A DNA stretch of 64,000 nucleotides from Octopus sinensis (Eukaryota), in the NCBI RefSeq assembly GCF_006345805.1, contig NW_021836125.1, positions 62,001 to 126,000 on the forward strand, written 5' to 3'. The notes beneath the pieces are model-generated. The model had not been told where the DNA came from and made no database searches. It worked only from the letters and a program-made list of their open reading frames with translations. The position numbers and the translations under genes were made by a program. Positions 26,682-38,542 of the stretch are shown here, piece after piece (the stretch's first letter is position 1; the number at the start of each line of letters is the position of its first letter).

Positions 26682-28794
26682 TTATGTCCATATTTTAACT
26701 GTACCATCACCGCTTCCACTAACCAACAAATCCGTGAATTTATCAAGATATACTGAAGTGACTGCTTCTTCGTGTCCAGAAAGCGTCACTACCTACTTTA
26801 TTTAGAATAAAAATTAACTTACCTTATCTGACGCTAATTCTACAATCCGAACATTACAGTCATTTCCTCCCACTGCACATAATTCTCCTGTCGGGTAATA
26901 AAAATAATTAAATACCCGTCGAATCAATCGAAAGCGAATTTGCAGAAAAAGGACAGAGTTTAAGTGATTTTAAAACGCCCATATTTCGAGTATCCCAAAC
27001 AACCAAGTTCCCACAAGCGTCGCAAGAAACTATTTTATCCCCCTAACAAACAAAGAAAAACTTTAACTTTAGCACTGAATGACGCAGCATTGATAGCAGA
27101 CTTATGTCCCTCGATGAGTACTTTTTCCCTAACGGACTTAAAGTATGCCCATTAAAAAATACAGTTCTTCCGTCCCATATAACCATAGTTTTGTCAGCAG
27201 ACGCCGTAAGGATTGTGCACGAAAATGGCAAAAATTCAACGCTGTTTATCGAATTTTTGTGATAACGTAAAATGCTACGACAACGCTGACTGTCATTTCA
27301 TAAGAATTTAAAAATGGCACGTGTTAAGATCGATGACTTTTGATGTCCCGTCAAACGAGGCAGTTGCTATGAAATCTCCACCTGAATGCCAGGCACAGTC
27401 CCAAACTATTGGAAATCAATTTATAGAGACATGAACCTACACTTCTATGTTCTTCTATGGTGGTCAGACATTCGGCAAGGTCGACATCAAATAAATTCCA
27501 CAGCTTGACAAGTCCGTCAGCAGCTGAAGACAAAATGTGTGTTTGCTGAGGATTAAAACGACATGAAGAAATCCATGTAGAATGTGCGGGAATGCAACTC
27601 TCGAAAGAAAAATTACAAGAAGAAAATAGTTTTAAATTCCCATCTTCACAACCAGCTAAAATAATTTCCCGGCTATGCCCGAAGGTGACACTGCGGACAT
27701 GCCAGTCAAATCAACCTGTTTATAGGACTGTCGGGATTGAACTCCTCCGAAGCTTCCATAGAAGTGGCAAGACATATGTCATATGGACGGATCGGCGTTT
27801 TCTTTTCAAATACTTCCAGGTAAGGATTTACTCCAGTGTCATCGGGGAAGGGGGTGTCTTTGTTTTGTTTAGGAAATGAGTCTTGGATACTCTTTTTTAG
27901 TTTTGATTCTTAAAAATATTATTGAAATAAACTTTTTATGTTATCATTTCCAATTGTTTTAGCTTCCATGTCCTTAAGTTGCAATTTTAGTTTGTTTATT
28001 TTACATTCTGCTCTTGCTCGATCCAACTCGGTTGTGCTTTTTTCACGCATCATTGTCTCGTATTTTGAAGATAATTTTGTAATAAGCGGATGGTAGGCTT
28101 CATAGTGTTCTTTCGACCTATGGCTCAAGTCAGAATGTATTCACATTTTTAAATTCTTTATTAACGTTTGCTTTTCTTGCTTCTAATCTGCGATGTTTCA
28201 AAGAATGAAAATTTCGTTCTTTTTGAACTTTAATGTATTTTTCCATTAGTTCACTTTATTAAATAAATCGGGGTTTTACTTGTACTGATTACGAATCTGA
28301 GTCAAATCTGATTGGAGTAGTTCAGCTTTGAGTTTACGTTGAGACCATTCAAGTATTCTTGAGGAATTTTGATATCGCTATGAACACATCTAAACGCGCT
28401 TAAACATAAAATTAAAAATTACCATTCGTTCTGAAAGGATGCTAAAGTTTCCGAAAAATTATTTTGAAGCAAAAAAGAACGTACAAATTCTAAGACACTG
28501 TCATAAGACGAGTTGGTTGCTGAGGCTATTCTGGGATTACTGCTTTAAAATTATATTCACCTTCCATGTTCAGGCTTAACTTGTTCTTCCTTTACCAATC
28601 TTTTCAGTTTAGACAAAGTTTCTCCACATTCTAAATACTAACTTTGTAATCTACCCGATTGGTCATCTATTGTAGAGCACTGTTCAGACAGTGTTTTGAA
28701 GGAAATGATGTCCTCTTCTATTGATATCTCTAACGAAAAATTTGATTAAAACAAATTTACTTTTCCCGATTGTATGGTTTAGCATCTCTGCCAT
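26682..28794 (-). CDS. SPAG16: Axonemal central-pair WD40 protein SPAG16/PF20, many mini-introns
   Basis: VLEFVRSFLLQNNFSETLASFQNEW, VQKERNFHSLKHRR, HYEAYHPLI, VWDCAWHSGGDFIAT, SVEFLPFSCTILTASADKT, VSCDACG and GSGDGTVKIWT*. The start is tentative. Confidence 0.88.
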
Positions 28795-28800
28795 GGAAAC
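28787..28800. promoter_or_regulatory. Imperfect RFX X-box-like motif at the SPAG16 5-prime end
   Basis: TCTGCCATGGAAAC versus consensus GTHNYYATRRNAAC: one perfect half-site and 2 mismatches. Confidence 0.3.
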
Positions 28801-29387
28801 ACCGATTATACTCAATATTGAGGAATAATTTTTTTATATTAAAAGTCTTAAAAAATAGCTTAGACAATACCTGTCCTTAGTTTATTCTGAAATATTTTTC
28901 TATTAATTTCTAAAGATAAAAACGCATAAAAATTTTCTGTCATTAGTCTTCCACCTCTAATTACTATTTTTCCATTTCATGACCTGTTCAAAATAATAAA
29001 TAATTGAATCCTTAAAAAATTTTTAAAACTCCTATGTTTAGTCTTCCTTTTCAGAATCATTCAAAATAAATTATCTAAAAAAATTAACCAAATATGGGGG
29101 GTAATGCCTTGGCTATTTGTCAATAAGCAAACTAATCAAATAACCCCTTTATTTTGAATTATATTTAATAAAATAATTATTAAATAAAATGAATTGATTA
29201 TGATGGTCTACCAATTGGAGTAAATTAAATAAAACAAAATAAAACAACAATGATCACAATTGCATGCTTTAATCATCTTTTAAGGCTGCTCGTAGAACTC
29301 TGTTTACTGGGATTTGATTATTCAACTCAAACAGCAACAAAAAAAGACGGAATATTACTTAATTATACAAAAATTCGTATTTCATAG

Positions 29388-30170
29388 ATTTCTCAATCAC
29401 AGAATGGCTTACTTCTGTTCAATGCCTGACAGGAATTTCAAGTTTTATGATGTTAATTTCAACAGTAATAATCTTCGTGGCACGATTTTCACAGAATCCA
29501 ATGCCTAAATTAAAATATGCTGGATTTTTGACTACAGTTGTCGGTGAGTTTATATTTTTAATGCATACAACATAAAATACTATCTAACCAAAACCTCAAT
29601 TTTATAGCTTTGATGGACGCTGGAGTTTGTTTGGTTTATTATTATTTTTCTGGCTACATTTCGTGGCCAGGTTCGGCTGTTTTTGCAAAATATTGGACAA
29701 GCTTTTATTTATTTATTTTAAGTTTTGTATTTTCGTTATTTTCTGCTTTTTCATGCTATGTGGCAATTGGAATTAAAAATAAAAATATCAAAAAAGAGGA
29801 AAGTTCCAAAAAAATAATCAAACAGAGCTCCATCCAACAAATCCCATTGACAAACTCCCAAAACTATTTCATTGATTATCCAAATCCAAAATACACGGGA
29901 TCAAGATCCCATAATATACAAAATCACGAAATAATAAAACCCTACAATATCAGTTTTAAAAATTACAGAAATGAAAGATCTCATCATCGATCACCCAGCA
30001 ATGATCAATTTAAAGAATGCTCATCCAAAACTTTTAAAAATGAATATCAATCACAAGAACAGAGACCAACCACATCAAATGCATTATTTTTTTCGTGCCC
30101 TCGAAATATCTACCAAAACAGTATAATCATAATTTTTCAATTCAGAAAGTATACCTCTGTATTCAAATGA
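29388..30170 (+). CDS. Claudin/PMP22-like multi-pass membrane protein (5-prime exon unresolved)
   Basis: EWLTSVQCLTGISSFMMLIS and two further hydrophobic helices (ALMDAGVCLVYY; YWTSFYLFILSFVFSLFS), then a polar tail. Contains a 64-nt GTGAGT...TAG intron. Confidence 0.45.
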
Positions 30171-30719
30171 GGACCCTTGCGATATAATCAGCAATAAAAG
30201 AAAGAACAAAGTGAGGGAATACATAAATCCCGGGGCAGATTAAAAAAACAAAGAATCTTCTCATACGGCAACATTCTTAATTCGATTGATACTATTAGAT
30301 ATGACACTATTGAGTTTTAAATAAGTATATTAACAAAAGTATAGAAATGGATGAAATTTCTCAGCCATTTTTAAAGAAATTTTATGATAGATTAATGAGA
30401 ATATTCACGACTATACTATTTTTAATAGACGAAAATATAAATCTGGATATTAGAGAGGGTAGGATAACCAACCGGAAACATAAAGGAAATCCAACGACCC
30501 AAGTAGACTTTTCTTAAACATTACAAAGCTACAAAGTTTTTTTTCGTTTAGCCGATACCAAGACTCTTCTCTACCCTGAGACCGAAGTATCGAATAAATC
30601 CTAGCGTTTAAATCACTTAAAAAATGTTAGAGGTGAAAGATGGATTTAAACGAGCAATGGTGAGTAGTTTATTATTACACAATTAATTGATAGTTTCGAT
30701 ACAAATTGAAAGCTTGAAG

Positions 30720-30950
30720 TTCCTTTTCTAAGCATCGAGGATCATCACATCATCGGCATATAAGAAAAAATCAGATGGAGGATCAGCATTGAATTGCTCA
30801 TGGGGCATGTCCTTGCGGAACATTCTTAAAATAATTTTTCTAGAACTGAATCCTAGTTGAGAATCGAATGAATAGCGATTTGATAAGAAACATTGCAGCC
30901 ACTGTATGCTTCTCTTTCCCTAAATCTCTGGCTTCAGCTTCCTTTGAAAT
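30720..30950 (-). mobile_element. Short LINE RT relic
   Basis: VPQG and FLYADDV motifs, separated by a frameshift. Confidence 0.5.
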
Positions 30951-31849
30951 AATAATTGCAATATCTTTCTTCATACTATTTTATAGTTTTCACTCAGTAC
31001 TGAGATTTTTGTAAGTTTTTTAAATGTCAGATTGTTTACAATAAAAATTTCTTTTTTAAACTTAAATTGTTAGAATTCCTTTTCTGAGTTAATTGTAATT
31101 AACTTTTTAAATGTCATATTTATCTTTCTTTAGAAATTTTGAGTATGCAGATATCAAACGAGTATGTTGGACATCAAGTTTTCAAGAGACTCAAATAGCT
31201 CCCTTAGTGGATTTTTTTCGGATTTTCTACATCGAAATAGATTGAATGCATTAATTCTTTGATAGTCTTAGGGCGCTGAGCTTTCAGAGGGGATTTAGAT
31301 TCATTTTAATCTCAGAGTCCAGAGACTTGGAGTTTTCTGAAGAGTTCTCAAAAGTTCCAAATCCGAGAGTTGCAAAACAGAAAAGGCAAATTCAGGATTC
31401 TATGTCACGTGACTAGACTGTCCTTTCAACTAGACTGTCGAGGCAGCAGAAACTCTGGCTGATTTGGAGATCTTTAAAGTTCCAAGATCTGGAGATCTCG
31501 AAGAGATCCTTCTGGATTTTTGAAAGAAGAAAGCAACGGGATATCGAATCCCCGTTTGTGATTAAAAATGCAACGGCGCGTGTTTCTTAGGGTTCAGAAT
31601 AGGTGAACATGGGTAGACAACGTGAGAAAAGCCAATTGCGGAGGCCTTTGACAGCATTCTTCCTTAACTTCACACAGCCAATGCGGTGGTAGTCCACGCA
31701 AGAGGAGCAGAATAGGCCCAGTTTCCGAGAGTACTTTCGGAGCACTGGTAGAGTGATTTGACAAGGTCGTCGTCTCTTGCTTCTTCATTTGGTTTTTCAG
31801 ACAAAATTACCAAAAAAGGCTTTATTTTTATCAATTTTTTATTAAACTA

Positions 31850-33359
31850 CAGTACCGCTCAAATGTCGGACCACCCTATTTTTCTCAATTTCCAAGTCAA
31901 TCCTAAATTATTTTTATACGGTTCTTTAGAGAAACTTATTAGATAAGCTTAAATACATTATTCTATTCTAAAATTTTCTTTAAATATTTTTGTTTGGCGC
32001 AATTGAATATAATTGATTTTGACTCGATCATATGTTCCGGACCAGTTGCAATCATATGTTTCGAACCAGTTAAATCTCTTTAAATTTAAATAATTTTTGA
32101 TTCAATTAAAAACAAAGACTAATAAATAACAAATGCCGCGTGTTTTCACTGGTTGATCGGGTCGCTATCATCACTTTTTTTAAAGATGGAGCTTCACAAG
32201 AGAAATTGCCGAAAAATTAAAAATATCCAAAACTGCTGTTCAAAGAACAATTTCCAGATATTCATCCGTTGGACTATATTCCGAAAGACCCAAATCTGGT
32301 CGACCGAGATTGTTATCCCCAAGATCTGAACGCAAATTAGTGAGAATTTCGAAAGCAGACCCCACAAAAACGGCAAATCAAATTAAATTTGATATGAAAT
32401 TAATTCTATTGTAAGCACAAATACAATTAAAAGATGCCTACAAAGAAATAATTTGAATGGGCGAAAGCAATGCCCAAAACCAAGTCTTTCCATATGCCAT
32501 AAAAGGCTAGAAAAAATTGGTGCATTGAGAATTAACTTGGAGCCAAAATGATTGGGGTAAAATTATTTTTAGTGATGAATGCAAAATAAATTTGCATTCA
32601 AACACAAAAAATTATGTTAGAAGGCCACCAAACTCTAGATTTGACTCAAAATATTGTTTAAAAACACGAAAATTTTCTCCTAGCATTATGGTCTGGGGAG
32701 CTATTGCTGCAAATGGATGGAGAAACATTGTCTTATGCATTAAAAATGTTGATTCCGCAGAGTATCAGAGAATTATAAATGTTGGACTCGAAAATTTTTA
32801 TGATGAGACCATGTATCTCCAGCAAGACGGGCGCTCCTTCCCATCGGTCCATGTCGACAATGAATTTTTTTCAAAGGAAACAAATAAAAATCTTAGAAAC
32901 TTGGCCGAGCCAGTCACCCGAACTGAATATTATTGAAAATATGTGGTCGGTACTAAAACAAAAACTTTATGATCTGGAACCAAAAGATCTTCCAGAGCTC
33001 TGGAATTTGACCAAAAAATTTGGTACGAGATTGATAATTCGTACATTGAAAAATTATACAATTCACTTCCAGAGCGAATAAATGCTGTTATACGAACAAC
33101 GGAGGAAATATTATTATTAACTTTTATAAGTTTAATAAATTTTCGGTTTTTTTTAAACTGGTCCGGAACATATGATCGAGTATAAAATCGATAATTTTAA
33201 AATTGCGCCAAACATGAATATCTGTCCAAGTTTTTAAAATAGAATAAATGTGTTTAAGCTTATCTAATAAGTTTCTCTAAAGAACCGTAATAAAAATAAT
33301 TTAGGATTGACTTGGAAATTGAGAAAAATAGGGTGGTCCGAAACATTTGAGCGGTACTG
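31850..33359 (+). mobile_element. Tc1-type DD34E transposon with long (~200 bp) TIRs, frameshifted transposase
   Basis: TA TSDs and TIRs starting CAGTACCGCTCAAATGT. Motifs FSDECK, MVWGAI, QQDG and WPSQSPELNIIENMW. Confidence 0.93.
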
Positions 33360-33849
33360 TAGTGATAAACTAAAGAATTCTTGAATTAATGAATTTGATT
33401 AGTAAACCAATTGATGATGGAATATGAAAAATTATCTCCTCAGAGTACAAGATCGAGAATAAGTGTATCTTTAAAATGCTTGAAGAAAACTGGATTTTGG
33501 AACCACCCAATTAGTTTTGTTCGCACTGGAGACTTGAAGGGTTGCAATGAGACTGACCTCCTAGTTTATAATGATCTGTCTTTTTACTCTGTGAAGCACT
33601 GCTCTATTAACTCAGAGGGTCCGACCCTCCAAATTATTTAGTTTATTGACTACAGCTTCTAAATGTCTTTAAATTTTGATTCCCTTTCAAATATAGGAAA
33701 TTCCTACTCAAAATTCCTTCAGTAGTAGGAGGGCTGACATTCTACGGACCATCAGTATCAAGGATAAACCAAACCCCAATCTCCTTTGTCCGTCGCTTTA
33801 TTTGATTCTTTAACCTAGCTTAGTCATATATTCTAAAATAACAAATTAT

Positions 33850-34620
33850 CATCCTGATCCTTTGTTGGGCTTCACCCTTACGTGTTTTGAAAAGGAAATG
33901 ATGGAATTTGGCTAATTACAGTGGGTTTTTTTTTATTTTAGACTAGTTTTGAATATAGCATTCCTAACATCGCTGTAAGTTATGATTATGAACCCAGTCC
34001 CTAACAATTGTGTATGGGAGTACCCAGAGAGTTCAAAGCTGCAATACACGCTGTAATCTAACTTTCACAACACCCAAATGTTCTGACCCTCATGTGTTAC
34101 TGAAGATTGATTAAAAACGTTTTTAGCGTCAGAAGACTACATTTTTTAAAATTTGTGAGAAACGTATGCCAAAGCTGTACAATTATGTCAAAATATAAAC
34201 ATCCTACTCTTCTAATTCCGGCAAAAATATTTCGTTTTCCAAACAAAGTACAAAAAGGCGACCCTTTCTGGCATCTTCTGTTCGTTCTTACTATTAAAAT
34301 ATTAAACATAGAGTTTCCTTTATATAGTTGGTGTCTCAATGATAGTACATTTGCCGGGGATTCTGACAATGTTTAGTCTGCGATTCGAAATATTATCTTG
34401 AAATTTCTTTCTATTAGTTTTGGCATCAACTTTCAAAGTCTGAAATCTATAATGTCAAGTATTCTAATACAAACTTGTATAACTGTATGGACAAACTGAA
34501 CTTAGTTTGCGTGTCGGAACAAAATTGCATGTAATGCGACCTAAACTAAGTGTTGTCCCCAGACTGGAACCCTCGGTGTCTGTTGCACATCCTTGACGTT
34601 TTGAAAGTAAAGTAAATCGT
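33850..34620 (+). mobile_element. Highly decayed CRE-like RT relic
   Basis: VQKGDPFWHLLFVLTI and SWCLNDSTFAG correspond to QQGDPLGPLLF and WYLDDG. Confidence 0.55.
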
Positions 34621-34910
34621 TTTGGCCTTTAACTTCTGTTTTCGAAGAAGGACGCTGTCCGCTTCGCGTTTCATTGAAAAAGAATATTCATTCGATGCTG
34701 ATTTCTATTTCATTTTTTTTCAAAAATAAAGTTTCTAATCTGATAAATCAAATGCGTGGACTCCTCTCGTTAAAATAAATGCATTGATCGGTTTGATAAT
34801 AAATAGATTTTTTAAAAAAATTAAAAATATTATTCTTAAAATCTCTAATTTGCGGTCGGTCGCGGTTTGTACATTAATAGAATATGCATATTATTAGAAA
34901 AATAAAACAA

Positions 34911-35950
34911 TCAGAGTATTTTTTCACCCATCAAGATATGTTCCCCACAGGATACAGAAAACTTCATGTGACTGGGAGCCTCAAATACGAGCACGACAGT
35001 CGAGCCAAGATCAAAACAGCCTATCCGCTGACCCTTTTTGTACTGCAATAGCCTGTCAAAATTAACAAGTCCCGACGACTCAATTTTACTAGAACTAGTC
35101 GAGAGCGTCTAAATTACAAGCAAAAAACAAACCGGGTCACTTTCTACAAGGATCGACCCGACATTCATCGCCCCCACCGCAGAAAAAGTAAAACTGCCAT
35201 GTTCCCACTCTCCCAAATAGACAACTCGCTCGTTCAAACTCAAAATGTTTCTCTTTTTAAGCAAAGCAGAAGGTTTCACTGAATATAACTTTCCTACGAT
35301 GATTAGACACAGTTAACCAGGGATTTGCAGTCTGGAAGAGGCACACCAGTCAGCAGGGGAGTAGAAATGGTGGAAATCTCCGGGAGACAAGTAGAGCACA
35401 CAGGCGTACAGACAGTTCCCGGTGGAAGGGGAGGGCATAGGAGACCCAAGGAAGTCACTTAAAGTCATCGAAAGATTTTTTGCGTTGATGACTTGTTCGT
35501 TGGAGATTTTATCACAGAAGAGAACGGTTCCGTCTACAGGGGAAACCAAAGGATTGGGGATTCCATTTAAGTACCATTTTGGCTGTTTTGTCAACTGGAC
35601 GCACTTCTCGTCGGAATTCTCTCCTGAAGAAATCGCTTAAAGAAGCAAAGTCTTTCAGGTCAGAATCGAATGGCATATCCTCCATTCTACATCCGTATAC
35701 TCTGCCGAAGGTAGAGTAAATAGGTCTTCTTAGAAAAGTGGGAATTTTAGAATGTGCTACACGACCGAAAGCACGAGACATTTCCCAGCGAACAACATCT
35801 GTTAATGAAACTTGCTAAAGCCACAAGTCACATTTGCGATGATACCGAATCTTTAAATTTTTGAGGCTCATAAGTGCGGCATCCAAAGTAAGAAACTAAG
35901 CCAAGTCCACTGAAAATGTAAATATATTTTGCATATTTCCATGAGTTCAT
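34911..35950 (-). CDS. PISD: Mitochondrial-type phosphatidylserine decarboxylase, 4 introns
   Basis: SRAFGRVA, FASLSDFFRR, VSPVDG, YLSPGDFHHFYSP, NERVV, AVGAMNVGSI and the self-cleavage motif FDLGSTVVLVFEAP. Confidence 0.93.
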
Positions 35951-36725
35951 TATAAGATGAACTAAGACAGTAAAGGACGAAATTAACTTCATGCATTTTA
36001 AATTTTATTGTTACATTGGATAAAGTATATATTTATAATAAGAATTATTATTTAAATAATCTTTGTATATTAATCTAATTAGTTGATCTAAGTCTTACCC
36101 TCATTTCAGTCTTACCCTATTAGTTGATCTAAGTCTTACACCAGCGTTTCCCAACCTTTTTGTGCTCGCGGTACCTAAAACTAGGTTTTTTTTCTCCCGG
36201 CACATAAAAAATCAATATTCATTAGAAATGTTTTTTTAATTAATATATTCAAGAAACTTGACAAAAAATACCAAAAGTAATTATAATAACTAATGAGAAA
36301 CTTGTGCTTGTTTATGTGCACACAACATTTCCAGACGGGGACGAATTTGCGACAAACATACGCGGAGGTCATCTTCAACTGATAACAACCTGTTTCTGTT
36401 TTTTGATTTAATGTCGAAGAGACAAGAAAAAGCTTGTTCACACTTATATGATGTTGAGAACTGAAGCAATATTTTGATTGCTTTTTTAAAAATTGAAGGA
36501 TAAGAATCTTTTATCAAAATCCAGAACTTATCTGTCGTCATTTCAGTAAATTTAATTTTTAATGTGCGGTCATATCGAAGTTGACAAAGCTCCTCCTCTT
36601 CTGTTAGAGTAAGTTGATAGTCACATGATTCGGAGAATGGATTTCTAATCCAATCATATATTTCAATATTGAGAGACGGAAAATAATGATTGATGCTCTC
36701 TTCCAATTCTTCTAGATGAGATATA

Positions 36726-38542
36726 CAGTCCCGTTTAAATGTTAGAGGCACCCTATTTTTTCCCTAAAAAAGGCACTTATTTGTCATTTTTTGAAAAAAG
36801 TTTTTTGTTAATAACAAACTATTGAATAAAAAATCTTAACCTAAAATTTTTGAGCACATTTAGTTTATAATGTTAATTTAAAAATGGATATTTTAGCAAC
36901 AGTCAAATTAATTAATAGCGAAATAATGTCGTGAACTTGAGGGTTAGTCCGACGACGAAGCACTGCGGATAGAGAGGCAGTTCCCGCGAAGAATTGCAAC
37001 CGAGATGCGCTGGAAAAGCCAGCTCGTCTCCCTCCGGTCATTTGTATTCTGTGAGATTCTTCCTCCCACAACCCGTAACAGATTTTCCACCTTCTTTCCA
37101 ACCACACCGGAGGTCTCAAAGGCTAGGGGGACAAACTCAACGACGTTCGGAAGCACAGCGTACTTCGTCAACTTCCTTTCTTCTGCCAGCGCACATGCGT
37201 AGCCTGGTGTACTGGCTGTTCCTGTGAGCACAGTATCTGAAAAGGAGTCGACTTAATGTTTATAATGTGTATTTACTAAGAAACTCAAATAATACATCGT
37301 TCATATGTTAGAAGCACATTTCAATGACGAAAGACAAAATTATCCAAAAATTTAATATTTAGTCATTCCTCCATTATTTATGACTACCGAAGATATTCTT
37401 CTTGGAATTGACTCAAAAAGCTTAATAACCACACCTGTATCAATGTTTTCCCAGGCCTTCTTTGTTTCATTCCATAATTCTTGAATCGTTGATGCTCCAC
37501 ATTTTTTAACTTCTTTTTTTTTAAATTGCCCATAGATTTTCAATTATATTAAGTCAGGAGATTGACTTGGCCATTTTTCCATGAGTTTTATGTTGTTTTC
37601 GGCCATAAACGCTCTAGTGGATTTTGATGTATGACATGTTGCTCCATCTTGTTGAAGAAAATAATTTTCTTCATAAAAATTTTCAAATCCTTCTTTTATA
37701 ACGCGTTGATATTCGGCGGAGTCGACTGTTTTTCGGCAAAGGACAATTGATCCTTGCCCATTGCTTTTAATTGCTCCCAATATCGTAATTGATAAAGGGA
37801 ATTTCACAGTTTCAATTGAATATTCTTTCTGTAATTTTGATCCAGGGGGTCTTCTTATGTATTGCCTAGACATCTGATTTAACTGAATCCGGCATTCATC
37901 AGAAAATATCACTAAATTCCAGTCGTCTTGATTCCACGGAATTTTAGTAAGACACCATGTATATCTTTTATCAACCTGAGATGCAGTCAATTTTTGTTTT
38001 TTCACTGCAATGCGTCCGAATAAATTGTTGCGTCTCAAAATTCGTTTAATTGTCGAAAGACTCACTTTTCCGGAAAAGTTACAGCATATAAGAAGATCGT
38101 TGGCGGTCATTTTTGGGTGTAATTTGACATTCTGATAAGATAGCGTTCATCATTTTTGGTTAATTTTTTGTTCCTTCCCTTTTTTGGCATATCGTTATAT
38201 AAATATCCGTGTAAAAATCGCTTTTTAATTTTTTGAATGGCACAACGAGAGATTCCCAAATCTTTGGATATTTTCACCTGAGATTCGCCACATTTTAATT
38301 TTTCGATGACGAGAAACCTGTTATAAGCTGATACGCGAGGCATTTGAATTTTTTATTAGAATTAATAATAATAAATTATAGATTTCAAGTTTGAGAATAC
38401 TATCGGTCGAATATTTATAAAAACTTTGGAAATGTTTAATTTCCTTTAAAAACTTAATTTATTCTTTAAAATCTTTCGAAAATAATAAATAAGTGCCTTT
38501 TTAGGGAAAAAATAGGGTGCCTCTAACATTTGGACGGGACTG
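36726..38542 (-). mobile_element. Tc1 transposon nested in the hAT
   Basis: TA TSD and ~60-bp TIRs CAGTCCCG...GGCACCCTATTTTTTCCC. Transposase at 37352-38343 (FSDEC, QQDGATCH, WPSQSPDL) with two 1-nt frameshifts. Confidence 0.93.
36874..37257 (-). mobile_element. 5-prime-truncated CRE-like insertion nested in the Tc1
   Basis: 11-bp TSD GTTTATAATGT at 36863-36873 and 37258-37268. Motifs FVPLAFETSG and FQRISVAILRGN. Confidence 0.88.
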
